Positions 19,713 through 29,864 of a stretch of 64,000 nucleotides of DNA are shown here, piece after piece (position 1 is the stretch's first letter; each line of letters begins with the position of its first letter). A program made the position numbers and the translations under genes. The notes under the pieces were generated by a model that saw only the letters and a program-made list of their open reading frames with translations, was not told the origin of the DNA and searched no databases. The stretch comes from Thermoproteota archaeon (lineage in GTDB: Archaea; Korarchaeota; Korarchaeia; B14-G2). The stretch covers positions 15,414 through 79,413 of the forward strand of contig JAVCBW010000016.1 in the NCBI GenBank assembly GCA_037917675.1, read 5' to 3'.

Positions 19713-19786
19713 CGGCCCCGGTGGGATTTGAACCCACGCCACAGGCTCCGAAGGCCTGCACCCTATCCGAGCTAGGCTACGGGGCC
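19713..19786 (-). tRNA. tRNA-Arg(TCG), no intron
   Basis: reverse complement folds into a cloverleaf: acceptor GGCCCCG/CGGGGCC, anticodon arm CAGGC-CTTCGGA-GCCTG, T arm GTGGG-TTCAAAT-CCCAC. Confidence 0.96.
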
Positions 19787-19944
19787 ATCTACAGACACCT
19801 AGATTTATCTACTCCAGCTGGGGTTATAACATTTATGTGGATGGTTATGGAAGAGCAGATGCTTGGTATATACCAACACTTAAAATGCAGTATGGTTAAG
19901 ATTTGTTTTAATAAACTCTTTCTACATGAGGGGATGTAGGTAGG

Positions 19945-20178
19945 ATGGGGGCTAGGTCTCGTAAGCTCATGCATAGGCTTTTACCCCCCTATAGGAAGAT
20001 CAGTGATGAGGAGAAGAGAAGGCTAGTCGAGAAGTATGGGGACATCAGTTTGTTCCCGACTATACTGTCTACAGATCCTGTTGTGAAAGCTCTTGGTGCC
20101 AAGCCAGGTGATGTTATCGAGTTCGGGCGTGAGAGAGGAGGGAAGTACTATCGCGTAGTGGTTGAAGCGGGGGTGTAA
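19945..20178 (+). CDS. rpoH: RNA polymerase subunit H (Rpo5)
   Basis: HRLLPP, FPTILSTDPVVKALGAKPGDVI, YYRVV motifs; first gene of the RNAP operon. Confidence 0.95.
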   Translation: MGARSRKLMHRLLPPYRKISDEEKRRLVEKYGDISLFPTILSTDPVVKALGAKPGDVIEFGRERGGKYYRVVVEAGV

Positions 20179-20180
20179 AT

Positions 20181-23100
20181 ATGGTTCTAACAAAGGATGA
20201 TATTAAACTCCTAGTAGAAAGCTGCTTTAAGGAGAGGTCTCTTGTTGAGTTCCATATAAGGTCGTATAACTGGCTAATAGACAGAGGGCTACAGGAGGTT
20301 GTGAATGAAGTTCACGAAATAGAGATCGATAAGAGGAATAAAGTTGTCTTCGGTAAGATAGAGGTTGGAAAGCCGGAAATAATAGAACCAGAGGGAGGAA
20401 GACCCTATGAAGGAGTTCCTCCATCTGAGTGTAGGCTCCGAGATCTAACTTATGCTGCACCACTCTATCTTTACATGCACATATATGTCGATGGAATAGA
20501 GGAGAAAGTTGAGAGACATAGGATAGGTATAATACCGATCATGGTGAAGTCGTCTAAATGCGTCTTATCTAATAAAAGTCACGAAGAGCTCATTAAGCTT
20601 GGAGAAGACCCGTTTGATCCTGGAGGCTACTTTATAATACATGGTGGAGAGCGGGTCATAGTACCTAGGGAAGAGCTTGCTGTAAATCAGTTTGTAGTCG
20701 AGAAGGAGAAGGAGGGAAGAGTAGCAGCTAGAGGGAAGATATACTCTAGAAAGGCAGGGACAAGGTCGTATTTCGCGTTAGAGCTAAACAAGGATGGTAC
20801 GGTGGCAGCGAGTATACCCAGAACTACTGCAAAGATCCCTGCTATAGCCCTAATAAAGGCGCTAGGGCTTGTTAAAGACAGGGATATAATAGATGCAGTG
20901 TCATCTGAGGAGAACATAAGGATGGAAATATACCCTGCAATAGAGGAAGTAAGCTCACTCACTAGCAGAGAGGCTGCACTCGACTACATAGGTAGGAGGG
21001 TGTTTACAGGGCTTCCTAAGCAGGAGAGAGTCCAGAGGACAGAAGCTATGCTACAAAAAGAGTTTCTACCACATGTCGGGACAACACCACAGGACAACTT
21101 GAAGAAGGCATATCTGCTGGCTAAGATGATAGAGAAGTTAATTAAGGTAGGGCTTGGAGTAGTCCCACCAGATGACTTAGATCACTATGCTAACAAGCGA
21201 GTCAGGCTAGCAGGGGATCTCCTTCAAGAGCTTTTCAGGCGGTCGTTCACAAGGATGGCTAGAAGGATGGAAGCGCATATAAGAGAGAGAATGGCCTCTG
21301 GTGCAACAGACTTAAAGGAAGTTAAGCTCAAGACCTGCATACAAACTGACTATATAGAGCAGGGGTTCCTCACACCGATGGCGACAGGAAACTGGGGGAG
21401 AGGAGAGACAGGCGTATCCCAGCTGTTGGACAGAACAAATATAATATCAACGCTATCTCACATGAGGAGAGTAGTATCCCCGCTTACAACAGCTTATGCT
21501 CACTTTGAAGCCAGAGAGCTCCACCCATCTAGCTATGGGAGGCTTTGCAGCGTTGAAACACCAGAGGGAGTGAACTGCGGGCTGGTAAAGAACCTAGCTA
21601 TCTTCGCAGAGATAACAAGCGACGAGGATCCAAGCAGTGTTATCCAGGAGTGCTATAGGCTTGGAGTGAAGCCTATTGAGGAAGTCGAGCCAAGAGAGTT
21701 TGGAGCCAAGACTGTAGTGATGGTTAACGGCGCCCCAATAGGAGTCATAGATAGCCCAGAGCATCTTGTAAAGGAGCTGAGAGAAAACAGAGCTATCATC
21801 TCGCTGCAAATGAATGTCTCGTATAAGAGAGAAGAGAAGATAGTATCTATTAATGTCGATGGAGGGAGGGTAAGGAGGCCACTCATACCTGTCAGGAGGC
21901 TACCTGAGCTTAAGAAGAGGCTCCACCTGCTTAAGAAGGGAGCCATATCATTCAGTAAGCTAGTCAAGGATGGGTTAATAGAGTTCATAGATGCAGAAGA
22001 GGAGGAAGATCTGCTAGTAGCTACCACGCTAGACCAGCTGACACCTGAACATACACACTTAGACCTAGCGCCATTCTCCCAGTTTGGACTCTGTGCAAAC
22101 ATGATACCATATGCAGAACACAACAATGCTACAAGAAACGTCATGGGAGCGAACATGACAAGGCAAGCGCTTGGGCTCCATGCTGCAAACTGGATAATGA
22201 GAGCAGACTCCAGGTTCCATATCCTATATTATCCTCAGAGGCCTATAGTAGAGACAGTAGGGGCTAAGATAATAGGATATCCGAGAAGGCCAGCAGGACA
22301 AAACTTAGTTGTGGCTCTAATAGCTTTTGAAGGATATAACATGGAGGATGCTGTCATACTTAACAAAGGTGCTGTAGACAGAGGGATGGGAAGATCAACT
22401 TTCTTTAGGATATACTCAGATGTCGAGAAGAGGTACAGGGGAGGGCTAGAGGATAGGTTCGAGATACCAGACCCTAAGAGCACGAGAGGTACTAGGATCT
22501 CAGAGGCGTACTCGAGCCTAGGTGACGATGGGATAGCTGAAGTAGAACAGAGGGTATCTGGCGGAGACATCCTGATAGGGAAGACAAGCCCACCGAGGTT
22601 TATCGGAGAATACTTGGAGTATAGGAGGAGACCCGTGCTTGAGAGAAGAGACACCTCTGTTGAAGTAAGGCATGGAGAGTCTGGAATCGTGACGCTAGCA
22701 ACACTCTATGAGAATGAGAACGGGTATAGAGCAGCTAGAGTAGTGGTCAGAGACATTAGAATCCCTGAGCTAGGAGACAAGTTTGCGACTAGACATGGAC
22801 AGAAGGGAGTTGTAGGGATGATATACCCGCAAGAAGATATGCCATTTACAGAAGATGGTGTAACACCTGACATAATACTGAACCCTCATGCTATAGCATC
22901 CAGAATGACAGTAGGCCAGCTTATAGAGCTCCTAGCTGGCAAAGTCGGAGCTCTAGAAGGAAGCATAGTAGACGGAACCCCCTTTATAGGGAGGCCTGTA
23001 GAAGACCTCAAGAAGACCCTACTTGAGCTAGGGTTTGAACCTGGTGGGACTGAAGCAATGTACGATGGGAGGACAGGTGAGATAATCGAAACTGAGATAT

Positions 23101-23519
23101 TCATAGGAGTTGGCTTTTATCAGAAGCTGCATCACATGGTGAGAGATAAGATACATGCTAGAGCTAGAGGGCCAGTAGACGTATTGACTAGACAGCCTCC
23201 AGAAGGCAGATCTAGAGAAGGAGGGCTGAGAGTAGGTGAGATGGAGAAGGAGGCTATGGTAGGGCATGGTGGAGCTATGCTGGCTTATGATAGGCTGATA
23301 GAATGCTCTGACAAGACGGTGATATATGTATGCAGGAAATGCGGGTTGCTAGGCTACTACGACAAGTTCAGAGATGACTTCGTATGTATACTTTGCGGTG
23401 ATAAAGGAGATGTTGTCCCTGTGTCAACAGGCTATGCGTTCTTCCTATTTCTCAGAGAGCTTATATCGGCTGGTATAAGACCTAGGTTAAAGCTTAAGGA
23501 GGTGTCTGAAGTTGTCTAG
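20181..23519 (+). CDS. rpoB: RNA polymerase subunit B (Rpo2, unsplit)
   Basis: ETPEG, GYNMEDA, GDKFATRHGQKG, GRSREGGLRVGEME motifs; single 1112-aa ORF. Confidence 0.98.
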   Translation: MVLTKDDIKLLVESCFKERSLVEFHIRSYNWLIDRGLQEVVNEVHEIEIDKRNKVVFGKIEVGKPEIIEPEGGRPYEGVPPSECRLRDLTYAAPLYLYMHIYVDGIEEKVERHRIGIIPIMVKSSKCVLSNKSHEELIKLGEDPFDPGGYFIIHGGERVIVPREELAVNQFVVEKEKEGRVAARGKIYSRKAGTRSYFALELNKDGTVAASIPRTTAKIPAIALIKALGLVKDRDIIDAVSSEENIRMEIYPAIEEVSSLTSREAALDYIGRRVFTGLPKQERVQRTEAMLQKEFLPHVGTTPQDNLKKAYLLAKMIEKLIKVGLGVVPPDDLDHYANKRVRLAGDLLQELFRRSFTRMARRMEAHIRERMASGATDLKEVKLKTCIQTDYIEQGFLTPMATGNWGRGETGVSQLLDRTNIISTLSHMRRVVSPLTTAYAHFEARELHPSSYGRLCSVETPEGVNCGLVKNLAIFAEITSDEDPSSVIQECYRLGVKPIEEVEPREFGAKTVVMVNGAPIGVIDSPEHLVKELRENRAIISLQMNVSYKREEKIVSINVDGGRVRRPLIPVRRLPELKKRLHLLKKGAISFSKLVKDGLIEFIDAEEEEDLLVATTLDQLTPEHTHLDLAPFSQFGLCANMIPYAEHNNATRNVMGANMTRQALGLHAANWIMRADSRFHILYYPQRPIVETVGAKIIGYPRRPAGQNLVVALIAFEGYNMEDAVILNKGAVDRGMGRSTFFRIYSDVEKRYRGGLEDRFEIPDPKSTRGTRISEAYSSLGDDGIAEVEQRVSGGDILIGKTSPPRFIGEYLEYRRRPVLERRDTSVEVRHGESGIVTLATLYENENGYRAARVVVRDIRIPELGDKFATRHGQKGVVGMIYPQEDMPFTEDGVTPDIILNPHAIASRMTVGQLIELLAGKVGALEGSIVDGTPFIGRPVEDLKKTLLELGFEPGGTEAMYDGRTGEIIETEIFIGVGFYQKLHHMVRDKIHARARGPVDVLTRQPPEGRSREGGLRVGEMEKEAMVGHGGAMLAYDRLIECSDKTVIYVCRKCGLLGYYDKFRDDFVCILCGDKGDVVPVSTGYAFFLFLRELISAGIRPRLKLKEVSEVV

Positions 23520-26500
23520 CATCGAGGAAAAGCTTTATGTGATAGACGAAATAGAGTTTGGCATACTGTCTCCTGAAGAGATACGTAAGATAGGGAAAGT
23601 AAAGCTTAGCACCCCACAGATATATGATGAAGATGGAAGGCCGATAAGAGGAGGGCCACTCGACCCGAGGATGGGGGTGATAGAGCCGGGGGAAGTTTGT
23701 CAAACGTGCGGAAACACACTAAAGAAGTGTCCAGGCCACTTTGGTGTCATAGAGCTTGCCAGACCAGTTCTGCACATAGCATTCACGAAGCACATCTACC
23801 AAGCTCTGGCTTCGACTTGTATGAAGTGTAAGAGAGTCCTGCTTCCTGAGGAAGAATGTGAGAAGCTAAGGAGGTTAGTGAAAGAAGGAAAGAAGACACT
23901 GCCTGAAGTCGCTAAGATAGTATATAATAAAACTAGGAGGGTAAAAAGCTGTCCTCACTGTGGTGCTCCTGTGAGTAAAATCAAGTTCACACCACCTCTC
24001 ACATTTTATCTAGAAGATGAAACAACGAGATTATGGCCTAATGACATAAGAGCTTGGCTAGAAGATATAAGAGACGAAGACTGTATTTTGATAGGCTTCG
24101 ATCCAAAGAACTCTAGGCCAGAAAACACTGTACTAACTGTCATACTAGTCCCTCCGATAACAATAAGGCCATCCATAACACTTGAGACCGGTGAGAAGTC
24201 TGAAGATGACTTGACACATAAGCTGGTTGACATATTAAGAGCCAACATCTCATTGAGAGAGGCTATACAGGGAGGGGCCCCAGCTTCAACTGTAGAAGAC
24301 CAGATGTACATGCTTGAGATAAATGTAGGGACGCTGTATAGGAATACAGGCATGGGAATACCTCTAGCTGTACATAGGACGAAGAGGCCTCTCAAAGCAT
24401 TGATGGATAGATGGCAGGGTAAAACTGGCAGGTTTAGGCTTAATTTAGTTGGAAAGAGAGTGAACTATTCATCTAGAACAGTAATAACCCCAGACACTAT
24501 GATAGACTTGGATGAGGTAGGAGTACCCATCTCGATAGCAAAGGTGCTAACTATACCAGTATATGTCACAGAGTCTAATATAGAAGAGGTAAAGGAGCTG
24601 GTTAAACGTGGACCAGACGAGTATCCTGGTGCAAACTATGTGATAAGGCCTACCGGTGACAGGGTTAAGATAAGCTCTATGAACAAAGACAGGCTGATAG
24701 AAGAACTTGAGCCAGGATACGTGGTTGAAAGACACCTCAGAGATGGAGACCCAGTGATATTTAATAGACACCCCTCTCTGCATAGGCTCTCAATACTTGG
24801 ACATAGAGTTAAGGTGCTGCCGTACAACTCGTTTACGTTGCATCCTGCTGTATGCCCGCCATATAACGCTGATTTCGATGGCGACGAGATGAACGTGCAT
24901 GCATCACAGCTGTTCGGAGCGAGAGTTGAGATCAGTGAAATCCTTAATGTAAAGAACAACATGCTCTCACCTAGGTTCGGTGGAGCAATAATAGGGCCAA
25001 GACAGGACTACATCACATCAATCTACAAGCTTACCAGGAAAGATAGATTCCTAACAAAGGGCGAGCTGGGGAGGATACTAGCCACACTAGAGGAGCCGGT
25101 AGACTCACCTGAGCCAGCCATACTAGAGCCAGTTGAGTTATGGACTGGAAAACAGGCTATAAGCGTCTTTCTGCCAGAGGATATAGATCACGAGGATAGA
25201 GCCTCAGTCTGTGAAAAATGCGATAAGGAAGGAGGAGTCTGTGAGAGGGAGCTTTGCCCACATGAGGCTTATGTAGTGATCAAGCGAGGACAGCTCCTTT
25301 GGGGAGTCTTAGATAGCAGAACCATAGGTGCCATGTCAGAAGAACATTTCACACTATTAGATAAGCTTATCAGAGACCTCAGTAGCGAGAAGTCTTCAGC
25401 CATATTGAGCAAGCTGCTCAAAGCATCACTTAAGCCTCCACATAGTCTGGTATCGCTTAGAATAGAAGACATAGAGCTGCCACCAGAGCACAGAGCAAAA
25501 ATAGAAAAAATGATAGAGGAAAGCAGGAAGGAAGCCGTCAAGATAGCTGAAGAGCTAAAAAAGGAGGCACTTGAGCCCATACCAGGAATGAGCCTTGAGG
25601 ATACAGCAGAGCTCAAGATAGTCAGAACTCTCAACAGCGTGAGGACTCAAGCTGAGAAGCTTGTAAGAAGCACAATGAACATGAGAAACTCGCTATACAT
25701 GATGGCTAAGACCAAGGCAAGAGGATCTCCAGTACTTCTCACCGAGATGGCGGCTCTAGTCGGGCAGCAGTCAATTAAGGGTAAGAGGATATCAAGAGGC
25801 TACAAAGAGAGGACCCTCTCATGCTATAGGAGGGGGACGACAGATCCTGAAGCCAGAGGATTCATAAGGAGCAGTTACAGAAAGGGATTGACACCAAGTG
25901 AGTACTTTGCCCATGCTATAGCTGGAAGGGAGACTCTAGTTGATAAGGGACTCAGAACAGCGGAAAGTGGATATGCATACAGAAGAGTAGTAAATGCACT
26001 CCAAGATCTGATAGTAGACTATGACTGGACGGTAAGAGATGCACACGGTAGGATAATCCAGTTTAGGTTTGGTGGAGATGGCTTAGACCCCTGCTTCGAC
26101 TTCCATGGTAATCCGATAGACATCCGGAGAATAGTCGAGGAGGAAGCTGAAAAGCACAGAGAAGGAGAGAAAATCAGCCACAGACAAGTGGAAAAGATCA
26201 TAGACGAATATGAAGAGGTGCCTGAGTGGATTAGGGATCAGGTTAAGAGAGAAGTGAAGAGAGTAGAGCTCAGTGAGACAGCAGTCAGAGAGATCATGAA
26301 CAAGGTATTTGATGCCTATGACAAGATAAGACTTGAGCCTGGGTCAGCAATAGGCATAGTGTCAGCTGAAAGCATAGGGGAGCCTGCTACCCAGCTGACA
26401 CTAAGGACATTCCACACACCAGGTACACCTGAGATAACTATTGTGATGGGGCTTCCAAGAATAGCTGAACTCATAGACGCTGTTAAAACTCCAAAAGCCC

Positions 26501-27312
26501 CATATGTAGTTGCTTACTTAAAAGAGGAGTATGGAAAGGACAGGAGAAGAGCCCAGGAGGTGGCAAATAAGATACTTGAAGTCAAGCTGTCAGATCTAAT
26601 AGAAGAGGAGAACATATACTATGAGCTAATGCAAGTAGAGTATGTACTTGACCTAGAAAAGCTAAGAGAACATAGCATCACAATAGAGGAGGTAGAAAAA
26701 GCATTATCCAAAGTGTCTAGAGTAAGCGTAGAGAGAACAGGGGATAGAGGCATATTGCTATCCATAAAGGCAGATAGCATGGCTAAGATGAGAGCAAAGC
26801 TGATAAAGCTGGAAAATACAGTGATTAAGGGGGTACCTGGAGCCAAGAGGGTTATTGTAAAAGAGGAAAGTGGAGAGAATGTGATATATGTGGAGGGAGC
26901 TGTCCTGAAGCAGGTACTTGATTTAGAGGAAATAGACCCCACCAGAACATACTCCAGCAACATACATGAGGTCATAGCTTTATTCGGAATAGAAGCAGGA
27001 AGAAACCTACTGGTAGAAGAGCTTAATAAGGTGCTTAGCAACCAGGGAATAGTAGTAGACAGGAGACACCTAGAGCTCTTAGCTGACATCATGACGAGAA
27101 GAGGAGAGCTTTTGCAAGTAGGTAGGCTAGGTGTTGTCAGGTATGAGAAGGGTGTGCTTGCAAACGCAGCATACGAGCTTACTGTGCAAAACATAGTTAA
27201 GGCTGCAATAAGCGGGAGGCAAGATGAGATAGGTGGAGTGCTAGAAAGTATTATAGTAGGGAGAGCACCTGAGGTTGGAGAAGCTATAGTAAAGGTCTTC
27301 TGGGGTGAGTAG
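23512..27312 (+). CDS. rpoA: RNA polymerase subunit A, fused A'+A'' (Rpo1)
   Basis: YNADFDGDEMN active site, bridge helix and trigger loop (GEPATQLTLRTFH) all in one 1266-aa ORF. Confidence 0.97.
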   Translation: MSSIEEKLYVIDEIEFGILSPEEIRKIGKVKLSTPQIYDEDGRPIRGGPLDPRMGVIEPGEVCQTCGNTLKKCPGHFGVIELARPVLHIAFTKHIYQALASTCMKCKRVLLPEEECEKLRRLVKEGKKTLPEVAKIVYNKTRRVKSCPHCGAPVSKIKFTPPLTFYLEDETTRLWPNDIRAWLEDIRDEDCILIGFDPKNSRPENTVLTVILVPPITIRPSITLETGEKSEDDLTHKLVDILRANISLREAIQGGAPASTVEDQMYMLEINVGTLYRNTGMGIPLAVHRTKRPLKALMDRWQGKTGRFRLNLVGKRVNYSSRTVITPDTMIDLDEVGVPISIAKVLTIPVYVTESNIEEVKELVKRGPDEYPGANYVIRPTGDRVKISSMNKDRLIEELEPGYVVERHLRDGDPVIFNRHPSLHRLSILGHRVKVLPYNSFTLHPAVCPPYNADFDGDEMNVHASQLFGARVEISEILNVKNNMLSPRFGGAIIGPRQDYITSIYKLTRKDRFLTKGELGRILATLEEPVDSPEPAILEPVELWTGKQAISVFLPEDIDHEDRASVCEKCDKEGGVCERELCPHEAYVVIKRGQLLWGVLDSRTIGAMSEEHFTLLDKLIRDLSSEKSSAILSKLLKASLKPPHSLVSLRIEDIELPPEHRAKIEKMIEESRKEAVKIAEELKKEALEPIPGMSLEDTAELKIVRTLNSVRTQAEKLVRSTMNMRNSLYMMAKTKARGSPVLLTEMAALVGQQSIKGKRISRGYKERTLSCYRRGTTDPEARGFIRSSYRKGLTPSEYFAHAIAGRETLVDKGLRTAESGYAYRRVVNALQDLIVDYDWTVRDAHGRIIQFRFGGDGLDPCFDFHGNPIDIRRIVEEEAEKHREGEKISHRQVEKIIDEYEEVPEWIRDQVKREVKRVELSETAVREIMNKVFDAYDKIRLEPGSAIGIVSAESIGEPATQLTLRTFHTPGTPEITIVMGLPRIAELIDAVKTPKAPYVVAYLKEEYGKDRRRAQEVANKILEVKLSDLIEEENIYYELMQVEYVLDLEKLREHSITIEEVEKALSKVSRVSVERTGDRGILLSIKADSMAKMRAKLIKLENTVIKGVPGAKRVIVKEESGENVIYVEGAVLKQVLDLEEIDPTRTYSSNIHEVIALFGIEAGRNLLVEELNKVLSNQGIVVDRRHLELLADIMTRRGELLQVGRLGVVRYEKGVLANAAYELTVQNIVKAAISGRQDEIGGVLESIIVGRAPEVGEAIVKVFWGE

Positions 27313-27643
27313 GGTGAAAGCGAAGGCTGCCATAGACAAGGAGCTCATGATACTAGCTAGAAGTGGGAAAGCTCTTCTCGGATATAAAAGCGTAATCAGG
27401 ACGCTAAAGAGAGGCACACCGAGAGTTAAGGCCGTAATCTTGGCGGAGAATATGCCGGAAGAGAGGAAGAAGACGATAATGTATTATGCTAAGCTGCTCG
27501 AGGTGCCACTACTTATATACCCATCATCGAGCATAGAATTAGGTAGAGCATATGGGAGGCCTCACTTGATATCTACGCTAGCAGTTATTGATGAAGGAGA
27601 TTCCTCAATACTTAAGATGGAGGATGGTACTATTGAAAAGTAG
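27305..27643 (+). CDS. rpl30e: 50S ribosomal protein eL30
   Basis: SGKALLGYK, ELGRAYGRPH, IDEGDSSIL motifs; canonical position. Confidence 0.95.
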   Translation: MSRVKAKAAIDKELMILARSGKALLGYKSVIRTLKRGTPRVKAVILAENMPEERKKTIMYYAKLLEVPLLIYPSSSIELGRAYGRPHLISTLAVIDEGDSSILKMEDGTIEK

Positions 27644-28067
27644 GAGAGTACTTGAAAACGAAGAGCTCCAGATGATATCGCTATTTGAATCACTCACAGG
27701 AGCTACTGTAAAAGACTGTTTCTTAGATGCTGAGAGAAGAAAGGTGCTGTTTGTGGTTGCAGAGAACCAGCTTGGAGTAGCATTAGGTAGAAGAGGACAG
27801 AAGATCAGTAGGATTAGGAGAATCCTTGGGTATGACATAGATGTTGTAGAAGAAGCTAAAGATGATGAGGCTTTTATAAGAAAGCTGCTGTCACCAGCTA
27901 GGATAAACTACATAAAGATAACAGAGAGAGGAGGGCAAAAGATAGCTTATGTCTCAGTTGATGAAAGAGACAAGGGGCTAGCAATAGGCAGAGAAGGAAG
28001 AAACATTAATAGAGTCAGAGAGATAGCTAGGATATATAGGGGAATAGCACATATCAAGATAATGTGA
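27633..28067 (+). CDS. nusA: NusA-like transcription factor (two KH domains)
   Basis: [30 protein letters not shown]; start placed at TTG 27633 behind GGAGG (ATG 27624 also possible). Confidence 0.93.
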   Translation: MKSRRVLENEELQMISLFESLTGATVKDCFLDAERRKVLFVVAENQLGVALGRRGQKISRIRRILGYDIDVVEEAKDDEAFIRKLLSPARINYIKITERGGQKIAYVSVDERDKGLAIGREGRNINRVREIARIYRGIAHIKIM

Positions 28068-28086
28068 TAATGCGCTAGGTGGTAGC

Positions 28087-28521
28087 TTGGCAAAGCCTAG
28101 AGGCCTCTTCGCAGCTAGAAGCTTGAAAAGAGTATGCAAAGAGAGAAGAAGACACTCCTACTATTGGAGAAGAAGAGTCTATGGTTACAGAAAGAAATAC
28201 GATCCTCTAGAAGGAGCTCCACAAGCCTCTGGAATAGTAATAGAGAAGGTAGGGCTTGAAGCCAGGCAGCCTCACTCAGGCTTAAGGAAGTGTGTCAGAG
28301 TACAGTTAAAGAAGAATGGTAAGATAATAACAGTGTTCGCTCCAGGAGATGGAGCACTAAACGTGATAGATGAGCATGATGAAGTTGTTATAGAAGGTAT
28401 AGGAGGAAGTAAGGGAAGGACTATGGGCGATCTTCCAACAGTTAGATGGAAGGTCATTAAAGTAAATGGAGCTTCACTCTACCATATTCTAATAGGTAAG
28501 ATAGAGAAGCCGAGGAGATAG
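28087..28521 (+). CDS. rps12: 30S ribosomal protein uS12
   Basis: [27 protein letters not shown] motifs. Confidence 0.97.
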   Translation: MAKPRGLFAARSLKRVCKERRRHSYYWRRRVYGYRKKYDPLEGAPQASGIVIEKVGLEARQPHSGLRKCVRVQLKKNGKIITVFAPGDGALNVIDEHDEVVIEGIGGSKGRTMGDLPTVRWKVIKVNGASLYHILIGKIEKPRR

Positions 28522-28522
28522 C

Positions 28523-29134
28523 TTGCCGCTAGAGGAACTAAGGCTGTTTGGGAAATGGACATTTAGAGATGTTGAGGTAAGGTCACCAGCACTAAGAAGT
28601 GTGATCTCTCTTAAGCCAGTTTACCTCCCACATTCGAAGGGGAGACACGAGCACAGGAAGTTTTGGAAAACGAAGGTAAATATAGTTGAAAGATTGGTAA
28701 ACAGGCTGATGGGGCAAGCAATAAACTATGGGAATAGGAAGGACAGGGTAAACAGCAAGAATCCAGGAAAGAAGCTGAAAGCGCTGAGGACAGTAAAGCA
28801 TGCATTTGAGCTAGTACACTTGAGAACTGGTGAGAATCCGATTCAAGTGCTTGTCAGAGCTATAGAGAATGCAGCTCCAAGAGAGGAGACTACCAGAGTG
28901 ATGTATGGTGGAATACTCTATCACCAGGCTGTAGACGTCTCTCCATCTAGGATGGTTGATCTTGCAATCAGACATATAACGCAAGGAGCAGCTTTGAGAG
29001 CCTTTAGAAACCCAATGACCTTAGAGGAGGCGCTGGCTGAAGAGATAATAGCAGCTGCCAGAAATGACAGGAATACAAGCCATGCCATAAAGGTTAAGGA
29101 GGAGATAGAGAGGAGAGCACTGAGTGCTAGGTAG
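28523..29134 (+). CDS. rps7: 30S ribosomal protein uS7
   Basis: [41 protein letters not shown] motifs. Confidence 0.97.
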   Translation: MPLEELRLFGKWTFRDVEVRSPALRSVISLKPVYLPHSKGRHEHRKFWKTKVNIVERLVNRLMGQAINYGNRKDRVNSKNPGKKLKALRTVKHAFELVHLRTGENPIQVLVRAIENAAPREETTRVMYGGILYHQAVDVSPSRMVDLAIRHITQGAALRAFRNPMTLEEALAEEIIAAARNDRNTSHAIKVKEEIERRALSAR

Positions 29135-29164
29135 GAAACCCTAAAGTTCTAGGGAGACTACACC

Positions 29165-29864
29165 CTAGGGCTTAGCCTCATCTATAGTAACAGCTATGGT
29201 TACCTTCGCCACGCTTGATAGAAGCTGATAAGCTAGCATGAAGTCTTCTTTAGGAATAACAGATACGGGTACAGGTATCTTTAAAGTAAAAATCCATGAG
29301 ATTTCAGAGGGGTTCCTATAAAAATCTAGCATAGGCCCTTCTACGTCGAGAAGCCCTGCTATAGCAGAAGCATACCCTGAGTGGAGAGCTATATACAGCT
29401 CATCAGGTTTCACCTCCCTAAGGAGAGCCATCACACTAGCATTTTGTGATAGCATATCAGCTAGCTTTCTAGAAATGGAAAAGTCTCTCATGCACCTAGC
29501 TAAAATTGAGAGAGAGGATGCAGGTTTGAATGAGAATCTCTTAGAAAAGAAACCATGCACCTCAAGCTCGCATTCCATGGCCTTTAGGCGCCTGTATAAC
29601 TCGCTATGTCTGCTTCTCATATCACTGCTACCCACAATGGTCGTCCTTTCCAGTGAGTGTAAGCTGATGCTCCATTCCAAATAGACCTATACTCCTCAGC
29701 TCGAATGTCACTTCATCTAGATATGGGTTTTTGGGGAGTTTTATAGTGAGCCCCTCTCCTTCAGCATAAAATTCTCCAGCCTCATCACCTAGATAGTCTC
29801 TACGAATAGAATAGGTCCTCTTGAAAAGAGTCTCTTGAATACTGACCGCATAGAGACCTCTCAA
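29165..29864 (-). pseudogene. hypothetical gene split by one frameshift (ORFs 29628-29864 and 29165-29680)
   Basis: TTG 29864 has an AGGTG SD; two overlapping same-strand frames could be joined by one indel near 29650 into a product of about 230 aa. Confidence 0.5.

Noticed and set aside
19634-19939. ORFs overlapping tRNA genes (19634-19939, 42652-43215, 49689-49943)
   Set aside because: They run across tRNA sequences and have no protein-like motifs
14711-27312. Inteins in DP2, RpoB or RpoA
   Set aside because: Lengths are ordinary, and no intein termini or LAGLIDADG motifs were seen
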